Below are positions 29,529 to 43,801 of a stretch of 64,000 nt of DNA, in pieces (the stretch's first letter is position 1; each line of letters begins with the position of its first letter). Below the pieces are notes generated by a model that saw only the letters and a program-made list of their open reading frames with translations, did no database searches and was not told where the DNA came from. This DNA comes from an uncultured Candidatus Binatia bacterium (GTDB lineage Bacteria > Desulfobacterota > Binatia > UBA9968 > JAJDTQ01). The stretch is taken from contig OZ251459.1 of NCBI GenBank assembly GCA_965242525.1, positions 3,200,001 through 3,264,000 on the forward strand. Direction: 5' to 3'. A program made the position numbers and the translations under genes.

Positions 29529-30905
29529 TCAGCGTGGACGGCGCGGTCCGGCCTCCCGGAGCGCCTGTTCGGCGTGGCGGGCCAGCAGCCGGTCGTTGGC
29601 GTGGTCGAGGGCGAAGACGCGGAACTTGACGATCTTGGAGGGGATGGAGCCGAAGAGCTCGGCCAGGGATTCCTTGGTGACGGCGTCGGTGGAGGGGTCG
29701 TAGGTGTGGATCTGCTTCTTGCCCATGGCCAGGGGGTCCTGGGGTCGGGAGTCCTGGGTGGCCATGTCCACCCGGAACGTCAGGTCCCGTTTGCCCGCAG
29801 GCAACCCGCCGCGGATGCGTCCTTCCCAGTCGTCCGCGGCGATGGCGTCCAGCCCGTCGCGCATCTCCGCGGGCTGCAAGGTCTTCTCGTACGCCAGCCG
29901 CCACTTGAGGTCGCGGTCCAGCACGCGGCCCCACTCGCGCCCCAGGGGAAGGCCCTGCCTGCGCCAGCGGGACACCTCCTGCAGCAGCGACCAGTCCGTC
30001 AGGTAGAGGTACTCGTCCAGGTGGTCCAGCGGGTTGCCGGGGGCGATCCTCTCCATGGTCTCGGGAAAGAGGTCCTGCAGGTGCAGGTCGATGGCCCGGG
30101 TGGTGCGGTGGAAATAGACGTTCTCGTAGAGGTACTTGCGGGCGTTCAGGAAGACCGTGAGGGCGCCGTCGCCCGAGCGGTGGAGCGTCAGCCCCTTGGG
30201 CGAGAAGAACGTGTAGTACATGAGCCGTTCCCGGTCGATGGGTCCCACCGCCACCCCGCACATGTACGAATCCCGTGACACGTAGTCCAGGTTGTCGAAG
30301 GTGAAGACGCCGTTGGTCAGGGGCTGGAGGAACCGGAGCCAGCGGGGCCGCGAGTGGTCGTCCGCGCCGTCCTTCTTGACGGGGAAGGCCACCTCGTCGG
30401 GGTCCAGCTCTTCTCCCGCGGCGAACGCTCCGTTGGGACTGCGCCGGAGCCGGCGGATGATCTCCCCCAACCGGTCACGGATGATGACCTGGGAGACGTC
30501 CTCGTGGATGAGGCCGTACCGGCTGAGGAAGTTGTGGTCGAAGAAGTGGCAGAAGGGGCCGTGGCCGATGTCGTGCAGCAGCCCGGTGACCCGCATGTAC
30601 TCCTCCACGTAGGCCGGGGAGGGGCAGTCGTCGCCCAGCGCCCGGCGGAGCGAGGGATACAGGCGCCGTGCCAGGGCGCCGGCCAGGTGCATGGCCCCCA
30701 GGCAGTGCTGGAAGCGGCTATGCTCGGCCGAAGGATAGACCCAGCGGGCGCTCTGGAGCTGGTAGATGTAGCGGAGGCGCTGGAACCAGGGGGAGTCGAT
30801 CAGGTCCTTTTCCGTGGCCTCGCCCGGTTGCCTGGGGACCGTGAACGGGACGTAGCGGTGGATGGGGTCGGCGATGAGGGAACAGCCCTCGTACTCGGCG
30901 TGCAT
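29529..30905 (-). CDS. HD-domain phosphohydrolase (dNTP triphosphohydrolase/SAMHD1-like family)
   Basis: DPIH, QRLRYIYQL, HSRFQH, LLHDIGHGPFCH, DNLDYVSRD, VYFH. Confidence 0.9.
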   Translation of the reverse strand: MHAEYEGCSLIADPIHRYVPFTVPRQPGEATEKDLIDSPWFQRLRYIYQLQSARWVYPSAEHSRFQHCLGAMHLAGALARRLYPSLRRALGDDCPSPAYVEEYMRVTGLLHDIGHGPFCHFFDHNFLSRYGLIHEDVSQVIIRDRLGEIIRRLRRSPNGAFAAGEELDPDEVAFPVKKDGADDHSRPRWLRFLQPLTNGVFTFDNLDYVSRDSYMCGVAVGPIDRERLMYYTFFSPKGLTLHRSGDGALTVFLNARKYLYENVYFHRTTRAIDLHLQDLFPETMERIAPGNPLDHLDEYLYLTDWSLLQEVSRWRRQGLPLGREWGRVLDRDLKWRLAYEKTLQPAEMRDGLDAIAADDWEGRIRGGLPAGKRDLTFRVDMATQDSRPQDPLAMGKKQIHTYDPSTDAVTKESLAELFGSIPSKIVKFRVFALDHANDRLLARHAEQALREAGPRRPR

Positions 30906-30923
30906 GGGAGGCCCCGCGGACGG

Positions 30924-31352
30924 TCAGAGCTCGAACCCCACCTGGGCGGTCCACTGGGCCCCCATCTTGCCCAGGTGGCTCAGGCGTTCGGCCACCGCCC
31001 CGATGGTCTCGCGCACTTCGTGGCGGTCCGGGTCGTATTTCTCTCCCCGGGCTTCCGCGCGCACGAAATACTCGCCGGCCTCGCGTATGTCGAACTCCTT
31101 CAGCACGTAGTCGTTGGCCTGGTAGGCGTAGAGCAGCTCCCGCATCCAGTTGACCATCAATTCGTCGTGGTCCACCCCTTCCACCTCCAGGGCGATGCTT
31201 TCCCGGGTCTCGACCGCGGCCAAGTCGATCATCACGTCGAACAGCGCCAACCCCGCATCCGCGAGGACTTGCGGCATCGAGTCGCCGGCCAGCCGGACGC
31301 TCAGTTCGTTGGAGCGTCTCAAGAGCTTGTATTTCTTGTCCTCGTCGGCCAT
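30924..31352 (-). CDS. Archease-family protein (divergent)
   Basis: EGVDHDELMVNWMRELLY, ARGEKYDPDRH, about 142 aa. Confidence 0.8.
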   Translation of the reverse strand: MADEDKKYKLLRRSNELSVRLAGDSMPQVLADAGLALFDVMIDLAAVETRESIALEVEGVDHDELMVNWMRELLYAYQANDYVLKEFDIREAGEYFVRAEARGEKYDPDRHEVRETIGAVAERLSHLGKMGAQWTAQVGFEL

Positions 31353-31414
31353 TTTCGGTGATTCCTCGATGGCGTCCCCGCCGCCGGGATTGCCCCATGC
31401 CGGGGATTCCCGGG

Positions 31415-32164
31415 TCAATCCCTGTTGATCAGCGACGCGGCGAAGCCGGCGCCGAACCCGTTGTCGATGTTCACCACCGTGACCCCCGCGGCGCAGGAGT
31501 TGAGCATGGCGAGGAGCGCGGACAGGCCGTGGAAGCTGGCCCCGTAGCCCACGCTGGTGGGCACCGCGATGACGGGCCGCCGCACCAGCCCCGCGACCAC
31601 GCTGGGCAACGCCCCTTCCATTCCCGCCACCACGACGAGGACCGCGGCTTCGGTGAGTTGCCGGTGGTGGCCCAACAGCCGGTGCAGGCCCGCGACGCCC
31701 ACGTCGTAGATCCGTTCCACCCGGTTGCCCATGACCTCGCCGGTCACCGCGGCTTCCTCCGCCGCGGGTATGTCGGAGGTGCCGGCGCACACCACCGCGA
31801 TGGCGCCCTTGCCTCTGGGCGGGGCGTCCTTGGGCCGCCACGTGGCGGCCCGGGCCTGCCGGTGGTAGCGGAACCCGCGGAGCCGGGGTTTCAGGGCGTC
31901 CATCTTCCCTTCGGACAGCCGGGTGATGAGCACGCTCACGCCGCGCTTGCGGATGGCGCGGGCGATGGCGGCGATGTCCGGGACCTCCTTGCCCTCGCCC
32001 AGGACCACCTCCGGGAACCCCTGCCGCAAGGCCCGATGGTGATCCACCTTGGCGAAACCGAGGTCCTCGAAGGGCAGGTGCTGCAACCGCTTCAGGGCCT
32101 GCTCCACCGTGACCGCGCCGCGTCGGACCTCTTCCAGGAGTTGCGCGAGCTTCTCCTCGTCCAT
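31415..32164 (-). CDS. larB: Nickel-pincer cofactor biosynthesis protein LarB (PurE-like)
   Basis: FAKVDHHRALRQGFPEVV, AGTSDIP, DVGVAGLHR, AGMEGALPSVV, VNIDNGFGAG. Confidence 0.92.
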   Translation of the reverse strand: MDEEKLAQLLEEVRRGAVTVEQALKRLQHLPFEDLGFAKVDHHRALRQGFPEVVLGEGKEVPDIAAIARAIRKRGVSVLITRLSEGKMDALKPRLRGFRYHRQARAATWRPKDAPPRGKGAIAVVCAGTSDIPAAEEAAVTGEVMGNRVERIYDVGVAGLHRLLGHHRQLTEAAVLVVVAGMEGALPSVVAGLVRRPVIAVPTSVGYGASFHGLSALLAMLNSCAAGVTVVNIDNGFGAGFAASLINRD

Positions 32165-32166
32165 GG

Positions 32167-33309
32167 TCACCGCCTGCCGGAGGCCTCGGGCATGGCCCGC
32201 GCCTTCACGCGCCCCTCGAGGAACCTCCGGTCCATGGGGACGGAGGGCATGGGCGGGTCCTTCGCCCCCGCTTGGCTGCGCTCGGGACGAACCGGACGGG
32301 AGGGTGCGGCCCGGGCGTCCGGGGGTTGCCTGAAGTGGTCATAGCCCGCCGCCGCGAGCGGGATCCGTTCGCCCCGGGGGTCCACCAGCACAAGGCCGCG
32401 CTTCCTGGGCACGCACTCCCCGATGCGGGTGATGGGGACGCCGGTGCGCCGGGCCACGCCCTCCACTCCCTCGCGCGCGCCGCTGGCCGCGGTGAAGAGC
32501 AGTTCGTAGTCCTCGCCCCCGGCCAGCGCGCAGGCCGCGTCCCGGGGCTCCGCGACCCGGACGAAAGCGGGCGACAGGGGCACGCGCTGCTGGCGCACCA
32601 CCGCGCCGATGCCGCTGGCCCGGCAGAGGTGTCCCAGGTCCTGGGCGAGGCCGTCGCTCACGTCCATCATGGCCCGGGCCAGCCCTTCCCTGGCCAGTTG
32701 CATGCCGGTCTCCACCCGCGCCGTGGGTCGGTGGTGCCGCCGGACCAGGTAGTTCCGGTCCCTTGCCGACACCCCGGGCCGGGGCTCGGAAAGCAGCGAC
32801 AGGCCCAGGGCCGAGTCCCCCAGGGCGCCGGTCACGTAGATGTCATCCCCCACCTCGGCGCCGGACCGGGTGACCGCGCCGTAGGGCGCGTACCCGGCCA
32901 GGAACACGTCGATGACGAGGCGGTCCGCGGCGCAGGTGTCGCCTCCCACCAGCGCCACCCGGTGCTCGGCGGCGAGGGCGTGGACGCCGCGGACCAGCGC
33001 GGCCGCCCGCCGGGCGTCCATGTCGGGCAGGGCCAGCGACAGCAGGAAATAGGCAGGCCGGCCGCCCATGGCGGCGATGTCGCTGAGGCTTGCGGTCAGG
33101 GACTTGCGTCCGAGGTCCGGCATCGAGATCCGGTCCGGGTCGAAGTGGACCCCTTCGACGAGCAGGTCCGAGGTGAACAGGAGGGAGTCCTCCGCGGTGG
33201 AGACCCAGGCGGCGTCGTCGCCGATCCCCAGCCGTACTCCGGTCCCGGGGGGCGTCTTCCTCCGGATCAGGTCGATGAGCCCGAACTCTCCCAGGTCCCG
33301 AAGTTTCAT
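32167..33309 (-). CDS. thiL: Thiamine-monophosphate kinase with a C-terminal extension
   Basis: GEFGLI, GIGDDAA, SDIAAMGG, GGDT, DVSDGL, GGEDYELLF, GYDHF. Confidence 0.93.
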   Translation of the reverse strand: MKLRDLGEFGLIDLIRRKTPPGTGVRLGIGDDAAWVSTAEDSLLFTSDLLVEGVHFDPDRISMPDLGRKSLTASLSDIAAMGGRPAYFLLSLALPDMDARRAAALVRGVHALAAEHRVALVGGDTCAADRLVIDVFLAGYAPYGAVTRSGAEVGDDIYVTGALGDSALGLSLLSEPRPGVSARDRNYLVRRHHRPTARVETGMQLAREGLARAMMDVSDGLAQDLGHLCRASGIGAVVRQQRVPLSPAFVRVAEPRDAACALAGGEDYELLFTAASGAREGVEGVARRTGVPITRIGECVPRKRGLVLVDPRGERIPLAAAGYDHFRQPPDARAAPSRPVRPERSQAGAKDPPMPSVPMDRRFLEGRVKARAMPEASGRR

Positions 33310-33356
33310 GGGCGTATCAGAACCGGCCCGCGGGTCCGGCTCGGCGCGCGGGCGGC

Positions 33357-35837
<2,481 letters not shown>

Positions 35838-35905
35838 TCGTTACCCTTGCGACCTGGCTGGCCCGGCGGGAGGCTCCGCCGGTGCGCCGCAAAGCGGCGC
35901 GCAGG

Positions 35906-37021
35906 TCAGTCGAACAGTTCCTTTACCTTCTCGAAGAACCCTTTGGCAATAGGCTGGGCTTCCTCGCCGCCTTCTTCGGCGAACTCCTTGAGCAGCCGCT
36001 TCTGGCGCGCGTTGAGCCGTGTGGGGGTCTCCACCAGCACGCGCACGTGCTCGTCGCCCCGGCGCCCCCCGTGCACGTCCCTGATGCCCTTGCCCTTCAG
36101 CCGGAAGACCGCGTTGGATTGCGTGCCGGCGGGGATCTTCATCTTCACCCTCCCCTCCAGCGTGGGCACCTCGATCTCGGCCCCGAGGGTGGCGTTGACG
36201 AAGCTGACGGGCATCTCGCAGATCACGTCCGAGCCGTCCCGGGCGAAGATGGCGTGGTCCTGGACGATGATGACCACGTACAGGTCCCCGGGCGGGCCGC
36301 CCCGGGCGCCGTTCTCGCCCTCGCCCCGCAGCTTCAGCCGGGAGCCGGTATCGACGCCTGCCGGGATCTTGACGTTGATGGTGTGGAACTTCCGTGACAG
36401 CCCCGCTCCGTTGCACGACCGGCAGGGGTGGGCGATGATCCGGCCCTGGCCGCCGCACTGGTTGCAGGTCCGGGACACGGTGAAGAAGCCCTGCTGGAAG
36501 GCGGTCTGGCCGGAGCCCTTGCAGGCGGGGCAGGTCTGCGGCGACGTCCCCTTTTCGGCGCCAGCGCCCTCGCACTCCTCGCAGGGTCCGTGGCGCGGGA
36601 TCTTGATCTTCTTCTCGACGCCGAAGGCGGCCTGCTCGAAGCTGATCTCCAGGTTGTAGCGCAGGTCCTCGCCCCGCTGGGCCCGGGCCCTGCCTCGGCC
36701 CCGGGCGGCGCCTCCGAAGAACTCCCCGAAGATGTCGCCGAATATGTCCTCGAAGCCGTGGGAGAAGTCGAACCCCCCCGCGAACGGGCCGGTCTCCCCG
36801 AAGGCGGCGTGGCCGAACTGGTCGTACTTGGCCCGTTTCTCCGGGTCGGCGAGCACCTGGTAGGCTTCGGACAACTCCTTGAACTTCTCCTCCGCCTGCT
36901 TGTCCCCCGGGTTCCGGTCGGGATGGTATTGCAGCGCCAGCTTGCGGTACGCCTTCTTGATCTCGTCCTCGCCGGCGTTGCGGCTCAAGCCGAGGACTTC
37001 GTAGTAGTCCTTCTTGTCCAA
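35906..37021 (-). CDS. dnaJ: Chaperone DnaJ
   Basis: HPD J-domain, four CxxCxGxG repeats. Confidence 0.97.
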   Translation of the reverse strand: MDKKDYYEVLGLSRNAGEDEIKKAYRKLALQYHPDRNPGDKQAEEKFKELSEAYQVLADPEKRAKYDQFGHAAFGETGPFAGGFDFSHGFEDIFGDIFGEFFGGAARGRGRARAQRGEDLRYNLEISFEQAAFGVEKKIKIPRHGPCEECEGAGAEKGTSPQTCPACKGSGQTAFQQGFFTVSRTCNQCGGQGRIIAHPCRSCNGAGLSRKFHTINVKIPAGVDTGSRLKLRGEGENGARGGPPGDLYVVIIVQDHAIFARDGSDVICEMPVSFVNATLGAEIEVPTLEGRVKMKIPAGTQSNAVFRLKGKGIRDVHGGRRGDEHVRVLVETPTRLNARQKRLLKEFAEEGGEEAQPIAKGFFEKVKELFD

Positions 37022-37030
37022 TGGCGGGTC

Positions 37031-38950
<1,920 letters not shown>

Positions 38951-39020
38951 CTCGTGGTCTCCTTGTCGTTTTTCACTTTCGGAAGCTCCGAACGATTCCG
39001 GGTTGAACCCATCTTCCCGC

Positions 39021-39097
39021 GGGAAAGCGCGTCCTTCGGCTTCGCTACGCTCAGGATGAATGGGGATCCCGCTTCGCCACGCTCAGGACGAACGGGA
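39021..39097 (-). repeat. REP family B tandem doublet between grpE and dnaK
   Basis: GGGAAAGCGCGTCCTTCGGCTTCGCTACGCTCAGGATGAATGGGG...GCTCAGGACGAACGGG; same doublet layout as 11705-11783. Confidence 0.85.
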
Positions 39098-39234
39098 ACA
39101 ACCGTTCCGGGTTTCCTTTCGTGTGAATCTGGACCCTGTAACATTCACTCTGTCAGCAGGGATACAGCGCGAGACATGTTTGCCGTGCATGATGGGGTCT
39201 TCCACGCCAGCGACTTGGTCACCGTTACAGGATA

Positions 39235-39885
39235 CTAGTCATCGGGCGGGTCGCCTTCGACCGCGCCGTCTTGCCGCAAGGTCGCGGACTTGGCGACGCT
39301 CACGAGGGACGCGCGCAGCAGCCGGTCCGCCAGGTAGTAACCGCGGCGAACCTCGTCCATGACCATGTTGGCTTCGTACTCGTCGGTCTCGACATGCGCG
39401 TAGGCCTCGTGCTTTTCCGGGTCGAAGGGCTGTCCCTTGGCCGTGACCCGGGTCACGCCGTGCTTCTGGAGCGCTTCGAGGCAGCCCTTGAGCACCAGCT
39501 CGATGCCGTCCCGCAGCGCCCCCGCGTCGCCCTCGCCCCGGGCGTGCTCTACCGCCCGCTCCAGGTCGTCGATGACCGGCAGCAGGTCGCGCACCAGCGC
39601 CTCGTTGGCGTACCGTATGGCGTCCTGCTTCTCGCGGGCGACGCGCTTCTTGTAGTTCTCCGTCTCCGCGGCTTCCCGCAGCATCTGGTCGTAGTTGCGT
39701 CGGGCTTCCTCCCTCGCCGCCTCCAACTCCACCCTCAGCCCCTCGACCTCCGACGGCTCCGGGGCAGGGTCCCGCCCCTCCCCCTGCTCCGGTTCGGGGA
39801 CCTCCGGCGGAGTCGCCGCGGCCTCGTCCCGTGGAGCCTCCTCCTGCGGAGCCTCGTTCTCCGGATCTCTGGTCTCTTCCGCCAT
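39235..39885 (-). CDS. grpE: Nucleotide exchange factor GrpE
   Basis: AETENYKKR, LLPVIDDLERA, FDPEKHEA, RLLRAS. Confidence 0.95.
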   Translation of the reverse strand: MAEETRDPENEAPQEEAPRDEAAATPPEVPEPEQGEGRDPAPEPSEVEGLRVELEAAREEARRNYDQMLREAAETENYKKRVAREKQDAIRYANEALVRDLLPVIDDLERAVEHARGEGDAGALRDGIELVLKGCLEALQKHGVTRVTAKGQPFDPEKHEAYAHVETDEYEANMVMDEVRRGYYLADRLLRASLVSVAKSATLRQDGAVEGDPPDD

Positions 39886-40032
39886 CCCCTCGTCTCACCC
39901 CAAACGGTCGAGGAAAGCTAATCATCGCCCCTTGCCTTGTCAAGGTAGGCAAAACCGCCGAAACCGGGACCCTCCCACGCCCGGAAAGCGGGCCGACAGC
40001 GGGTTGAGGAAAAGGACTTTCCGGGAGGATTT

Positions 40033-40114
40033 TCCTGGGAACGCGGGCATCCTGCCCGCATTCCGCGGTCGCAGCCCTTGCCTGCGTGCGGGCAAGCTCC
40101 CCGTTCTCTCAGGG
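40033..40114. repeat. Imperfect palindromic REP-like doublet (third family) at the island edge
   Basis: CCTGGGAACGCGGGCATCCTGCCCGCA...TGCGGGCAAGCTCCCCGTTCTCTCAGG; single instance in the window. Confidence 0.5.
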
Positions 40115-40140
40115 TTCAGGACCGTTGCGGAGAGCGTGGT

Positions 40141-41034
40141 TCAACCGGTCCCCGTCTTGCCGAGAGGCTCCAGCTTGTTCCGCAACTCTCGTTCGAAGGT
40201 CTCGCGTTGAACCGTGGCCGCGGCAAGCAGTTTTTCACAGGTCTGCTCCAGTGTGAGTACTTCCCAGTGCCCTCGTGAGAGTCGATATTGCCCCTCGAAA
40301 CTGCACGTAAGTTCAGGAACCAACCAGATGACGTCGCCTTCGTTGAGATCCTGGCTGGGGGCAAGACTGGGACCGCCGATGGACTCGAAGAACGGTCGGT
40401 CAACCGCAACGGCTATCTTCGATCCCCAGCGCCGGAGAGTAGGAACCTTGATCTGCAACTGCGGCATAAGGCGTTTTGCGCTCGAAGAGCGCCAATCTGG
40501 ACGGCGGACCGCATCGGGAAAAGGCGGTGTTGGTTGATCGTCATTCCGCAGGTTCGTGAACTCGGATTGCATGGAGCTGCCCGAGAAGTAAACGGCCTGG
40601 ATTTCCAACCCGTACCACCTGACCTCACCATCGGAAGCCTTCGCGACGACAAGGTCGATTTTCCCTGCCGGTTTTCCCGTGCTTGTCCCCTGCATGAACG
40701 GCACCTCACGGGCTACCTTTGCCTCCTCCGGCCTGAACCCGACGATTTCCGCAAGCCAGCGTACCAACAACTCCGATTCTTCGAACCTGGCCGGACAAAC
40801 TATGGCGGGGTCACCTTCGGGCGGACCGAGGCGTCCGTTGTCACCCTGCTCGTAACGATGGAGAGAGCAGACGCCCCCGGGCTTCCGGCACGGTGGCCGG
40901 GACTTCTGGAACGGACACGGCAGGGCGCCGCGGCCTCTTCGTAGCGCAGATTCCGCCGACCGACGACGCTCGTTTACGGAAAGACCGAGAAGTGGTCTCC
41001 CGTACCATTCCGCAATGCCGTAACGAGCGGTCAA
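40141..41034 (-). CDS. NotI-family restriction endonuclease
   Basis: IAEWYG, CPF-x6-C-x6-CS...CPARF Cys cluster, IDLV...LEIQAVYFSG, RRPDWRSSSAKRLMPQL. Confidence 0.85.
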   Translation of the reverse strand: MTARYGIAEWYGRPLLGLSVNERRRSAESALRRGRGALPCPFQKSRPPCRKPGGVCSLHRYEQGDNGRLGPPEGDPAIVCPARFEESELLVRWLAEIVGFRPEEAKVAREVPFMQGTSTGKPAGKIDLVVAKASDGEVRWYGLEIQAVYFSGSSMQSEFTNLRNDDQPTPPFPDAVRRPDWRSSSAKRLMPQLQIKVPTLRRWGSKIAVAVDRPFFESIGGPSLAPSQDLNEGDVIWLVPELTCSFEGQYRLSRGHWEVLTLEQTCEKLLAAATVQRETFERELRNKLEPLGKTGTG

Positions 41035-41960
41035 TCGACGAACACCTCACGCGGGGTAATGACGAGTTCCGGTATGCGAGCGTGATGCGTGTTCTTCATC
41101 AAGACCTGGACGGCGTGGAAACGGTGTTTTCGGATCAAGGATTCGATCTCTTGCGCCCGGTTATAGGTCATGAGGAAGTCCGCGCCGCTGTCGGCAAGCA
41201 TTGCGAAGAGGCGGGAATGGTCCAGTTCGTTGCAGGCATAGAGTCGTTTGCCGGCTCGCTTGCCGCCCGCGGTATAAGGCGGGTCCACGAAAACAACCGA
41301 TCCAGGAACCCCCGACAGCGCCTTCAGCAGCGACTCTAGCAGCTTCATCCCCTCGGTCTCACAGAAACCGATCCGGTCCGCGTGCCGGGTGATGTCTTGC
41401 AGGCGTTTCGTGAGCGTCTCCGGATACCATCGGGACGCGACCCCCTTTCCATTCTCTCCCAGGCGGCTCAAGGACGCGCCTTCCGCGAGGATGCCGCCTC
41501 GGCGCGTGCGGTTCAACACGAGCGTGCGGAAGCCGTGGTCGACTACGTTTTGCGGACGTCTGCGCGATAGCCCGTTTACCGCCTCTCGCGTGGGATCGAA
41601 GACCGCGACCTTCTCGCGCAGTTGAGGGCCGTGGTTCAGCGCCGCATGCCAGAAGGCCGCTACGTCGTGGTCCAGTTCGGCCATGAGGCACCGCTCCGCC
41701 AACCCTTCCATGACCGCGGTCAGGGAAACGATCCCGCCGCCGCCGAATGGCTCGATCAGGAGACCGGGGCGAGGGTTGACGTCCTCGAGCCAGAGACGGA
41801 TATGGGGGATCAGCCACGTCTTCCCTCCCGGATAGCGCAAGGGACTGCGCTGCGGCACCGCGGCGACGTTCACCGCCGGAATCGGCGATACCCTGATGGG
41901 GTCCGGTCTCAGCAACCCGGCCATCGTGGTTTGCTTCGGTGTCCGTGTCTGGTTTCCCAT
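41031..41960 (-). CDS. Alpha-class (Dam-like) DNA amino-methyltransferase
   Basis: SPLRYPGGK, EPFGGGG, FVDPPY; 4-bp overlap with the endonuclease. Confidence 0.9.
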   Translation of the reverse strand: MGNQTRTPKQTTMAGLLRPDPIRVSPIPAVNVAAVPQRSPLRYPGGKTWLIPHIRLWLEDVNPRPGLLIEPFGGGGIVSLTAVMEGLAERCLMAELDHDVAAFWHAALNHGPQLREKVAVFDPTREAVNGLSRRRPQNVVDHGFRTLVLNRTRRGGILAEGASLSRLGENGKGVASRWYPETLTKRLQDITRHADRIGFCETEGMKLLESLLKALSGVPGSVVFVDPPYTAGGKRAGKRLYACNELDHSRLFAMLADSGADFLMTYNRAQEIESLIRKHRFHAVQVLMKNTHHARIPELVITPREVFVD

Positions 41961-42228
41961 GGCCGTTCAGCGGTCGCTATTTCCTTGGCCGGCGGGAAAC
42001 GGACGATGGTCGGGACGCTGTGGAGCGTCGTCATCGGTTTCATGGCGCCCATTGTTACCGAGCGCGGCCCGGTGTGCAAGCCTGATGGCGCTCAGGCGTG
42101 GCAAATGCATGGGTCGAGGTTAAGCAAATCCGGTGCCATCTGTCTTCAAGGCGCGCCACGGGTTCTTCATGGTATAGCTGATGGCATATTGGCTGGATGG
42201 GTCCTGTGCGAAGGGGAAAGTGGGCCGC

Positions 42229-42495
42229 TCATGCCCGGCAGCCTGTGATGGCGTTCACTGAGTGTACGAAAGCAAGCAAAACCTGCTCGTCCGGCAGATC
42301 GTTGTAGATGGGGAAATCAGCCGGAAAGGCACCTGGATGGCCCTGCGAACCGCACCGGACCACATTCAAGTAACGACGGGTTCCCGCCCAATCCTTCTCT
42401 CGGGTCCTGTGCTGCACCCATGCACGCTTGTATATGCCTTCAGCTTGTTCCCATTCAATATATGGCTGCCCGTAGTTGTCTTCCTCTATCTTCAT
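42229..42495 (-). CDS. Hypothetical protein (88 aa)
   Basis: AAGGAGG RBS before MKIEEDNY; lower GC; in frame with the upstream BrnA remnant. Confidence 0.6.
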   Translation of the reverse strand: MKIEEDNYGQPYIEWEQAEGIYKRAWVQHRTREKDWAGTRRYLNVVRCGSQGHPGAFPADFPIYNDLPDEQVLLAFVHSVNAITGCRA

Positions 42496-42504
42496 CTGAT
42501 CCTC

Positions 42505-42698
42505 CTTCATCTGTTCGACCGGCGGCCGGCCCAGGCCAACCGTCGCCTTGGCGAACTTCTCGGGCCAGCCGTCCCTGGAAAGGTCCGGCGCGGCGTCCCG
42601 ATCAAAATCGCGGGCCGTAGAGCGTTCGTTCCCGTTCATTGGCTTTCCTCATGCTGATGATCTGCTGCGCGCTTGGCCGCGTCGAACTCGACCGGCAT
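42505..42698 (-). pseudogene. BrnT/BrnA toxin-antitoxin remnant
   Basis: BrnT start MPVEFDAAKRAA joined out of frame to its end IISMRKANERERTLYGPRF*; BrnA N-half MNGNERS...PDLSRDGWPEKFAKATVGLGRPP is cut before the DNA-binding domain. Confidence 0.72.
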
Positions 42699-42727
42699 AA
42701 TTCATGTTACAACATTAAGTCCCTACG

Positions 42728-42778
42728 GGAAAGCGCGTCCTTCGACTCCGCTTCGCTACGCTCAGGACGAACGGGGAT
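42728..42778 (-). repeat. REP family B copy at the right edge of the R-M island
   Basis: GGGAAAGCGCGTCCTTCGACTCCGCTTCGCTACGCTCAGGACGAACGGGGA. Confidence 0.88.
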
Positions 42779-42964
42779 AGGACGGGGAGCGTTCCCCCCT
42801 TTCCGTGCCGGTGTCCGGAAGCCGCGGGTTCCCCGCAACCGCCGACCCTTTGGTACGCGTGACTTTCTCGGTTCCGGGTCTTCATGTATATCTGACAGGG
42901 TATGGGCGAGACGGGTCCCGGGCGGAGGGCGCACGGTCCGCCGGCGTCGCGGGGGGCTTGAGCA

Positions 42965-43801
42965 GTGCCGAAGATACGGTCGAGCCCGGCCATCGTGCTG
43001 CGGTCCTGGGCCTACGGCGAATCGGACAAGATCGTCTCCTTCCTGACGCGGGACTTCGGCAAGGTCCGGGGCATCGCCAAGGGGGCGAAGCGGTCCCGCA
43101 GACGGTTCCTGAACGTTCTGGAGCCGTTCACCCTCGTCCAGTTGCGGTTCCAGGAGCGCCCCCACAGCCCGCTGGCGTTCATCCATGCCTGCGACTGGGT
43201 GTACGTGTTCCGGGACCTTGCCCGGACCCTGGCCAAGATCGCACACGCCTTCTATCTCGTGGAAATCACGGACGAATTGACCCGGGAGGGCGACGACAGC
43301 CTGCTGCTGTTCGACCATTTGCGAAGCGGCCTGCACTTCCTGGAGAGGGGCCGCGAATCGGTGGAGTTCCTGGTGGCGTTCGAGTTGACGTTGCTGCGGC
43401 TGGCCGGGTACCAGCCCGCACTGGACCGTTGCCAGCGCTGCGGCGACAGGCCCCCTTCGGGGGATCCCGGACGCGGCAACGGCCGGTGGGGGTTCAGCCC
43501 CCGGGACGGCGGCGTACTGTGCCGCGGCTGCTGCGGCTTCCGCCGGGAGACGGTGCCGGTGTCGCCCGAGGCGTTGGGCATCCTGACCTACTTCCAGAAG
43601 CACGGCTGGCAGGGCGGGGAGACGCCGCGGTTCTCCCTGCCCGCGCTCCGGGAGACCCGCGGCGTCATGCCCTTGTTTATCCAGTACCAGATTAGTAAGA
43701 AACTCAAGTCCGCGGCCTTCCTGGAGGGTTCGTCCCGCCGGGACCCCGGGGAGCCGCGGCCCGCATCCCGGCGGCAGACAGGAGAACCGGAACACCCATG
43801 A
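42965..43801 (+). CDS. recO: DNA repair protein RecO
   Basis: [26 protein letters not shown], CxxC..CxxC zinc site. Confidence 0.93.
   Translation: MPKIRSSPAIVLRSWAYGESDKIVSFLTRDFGKVRGIAKGAKRSRRRFLNVLEPFTLVQLRFQERPHSPLAFIHACDWVYVFRDLARTLAKIAHAFYLVEITDELTREGDDSLLLFDHLRSGLHFLERGRESVEFLVAFELTLLRLAGYQPALDRCQRCGDRPPSGDPGRGNGRWGFSPRDGGVLCRGCCGFRRETVPVSPEALGILTYFQKHGWQGGETPRFSLPALRETRGVMPLFIQYQISKKLKSAAFLEGSSRRDPGEPRPASRRQTGEPEHP

Noticed and set aside
39886-40030. CIRCE element or hrcA upstream of grpE
   Set aside because: No TTAGCACTC-N9-GAGTGCTAA and no hrcA ORF seen
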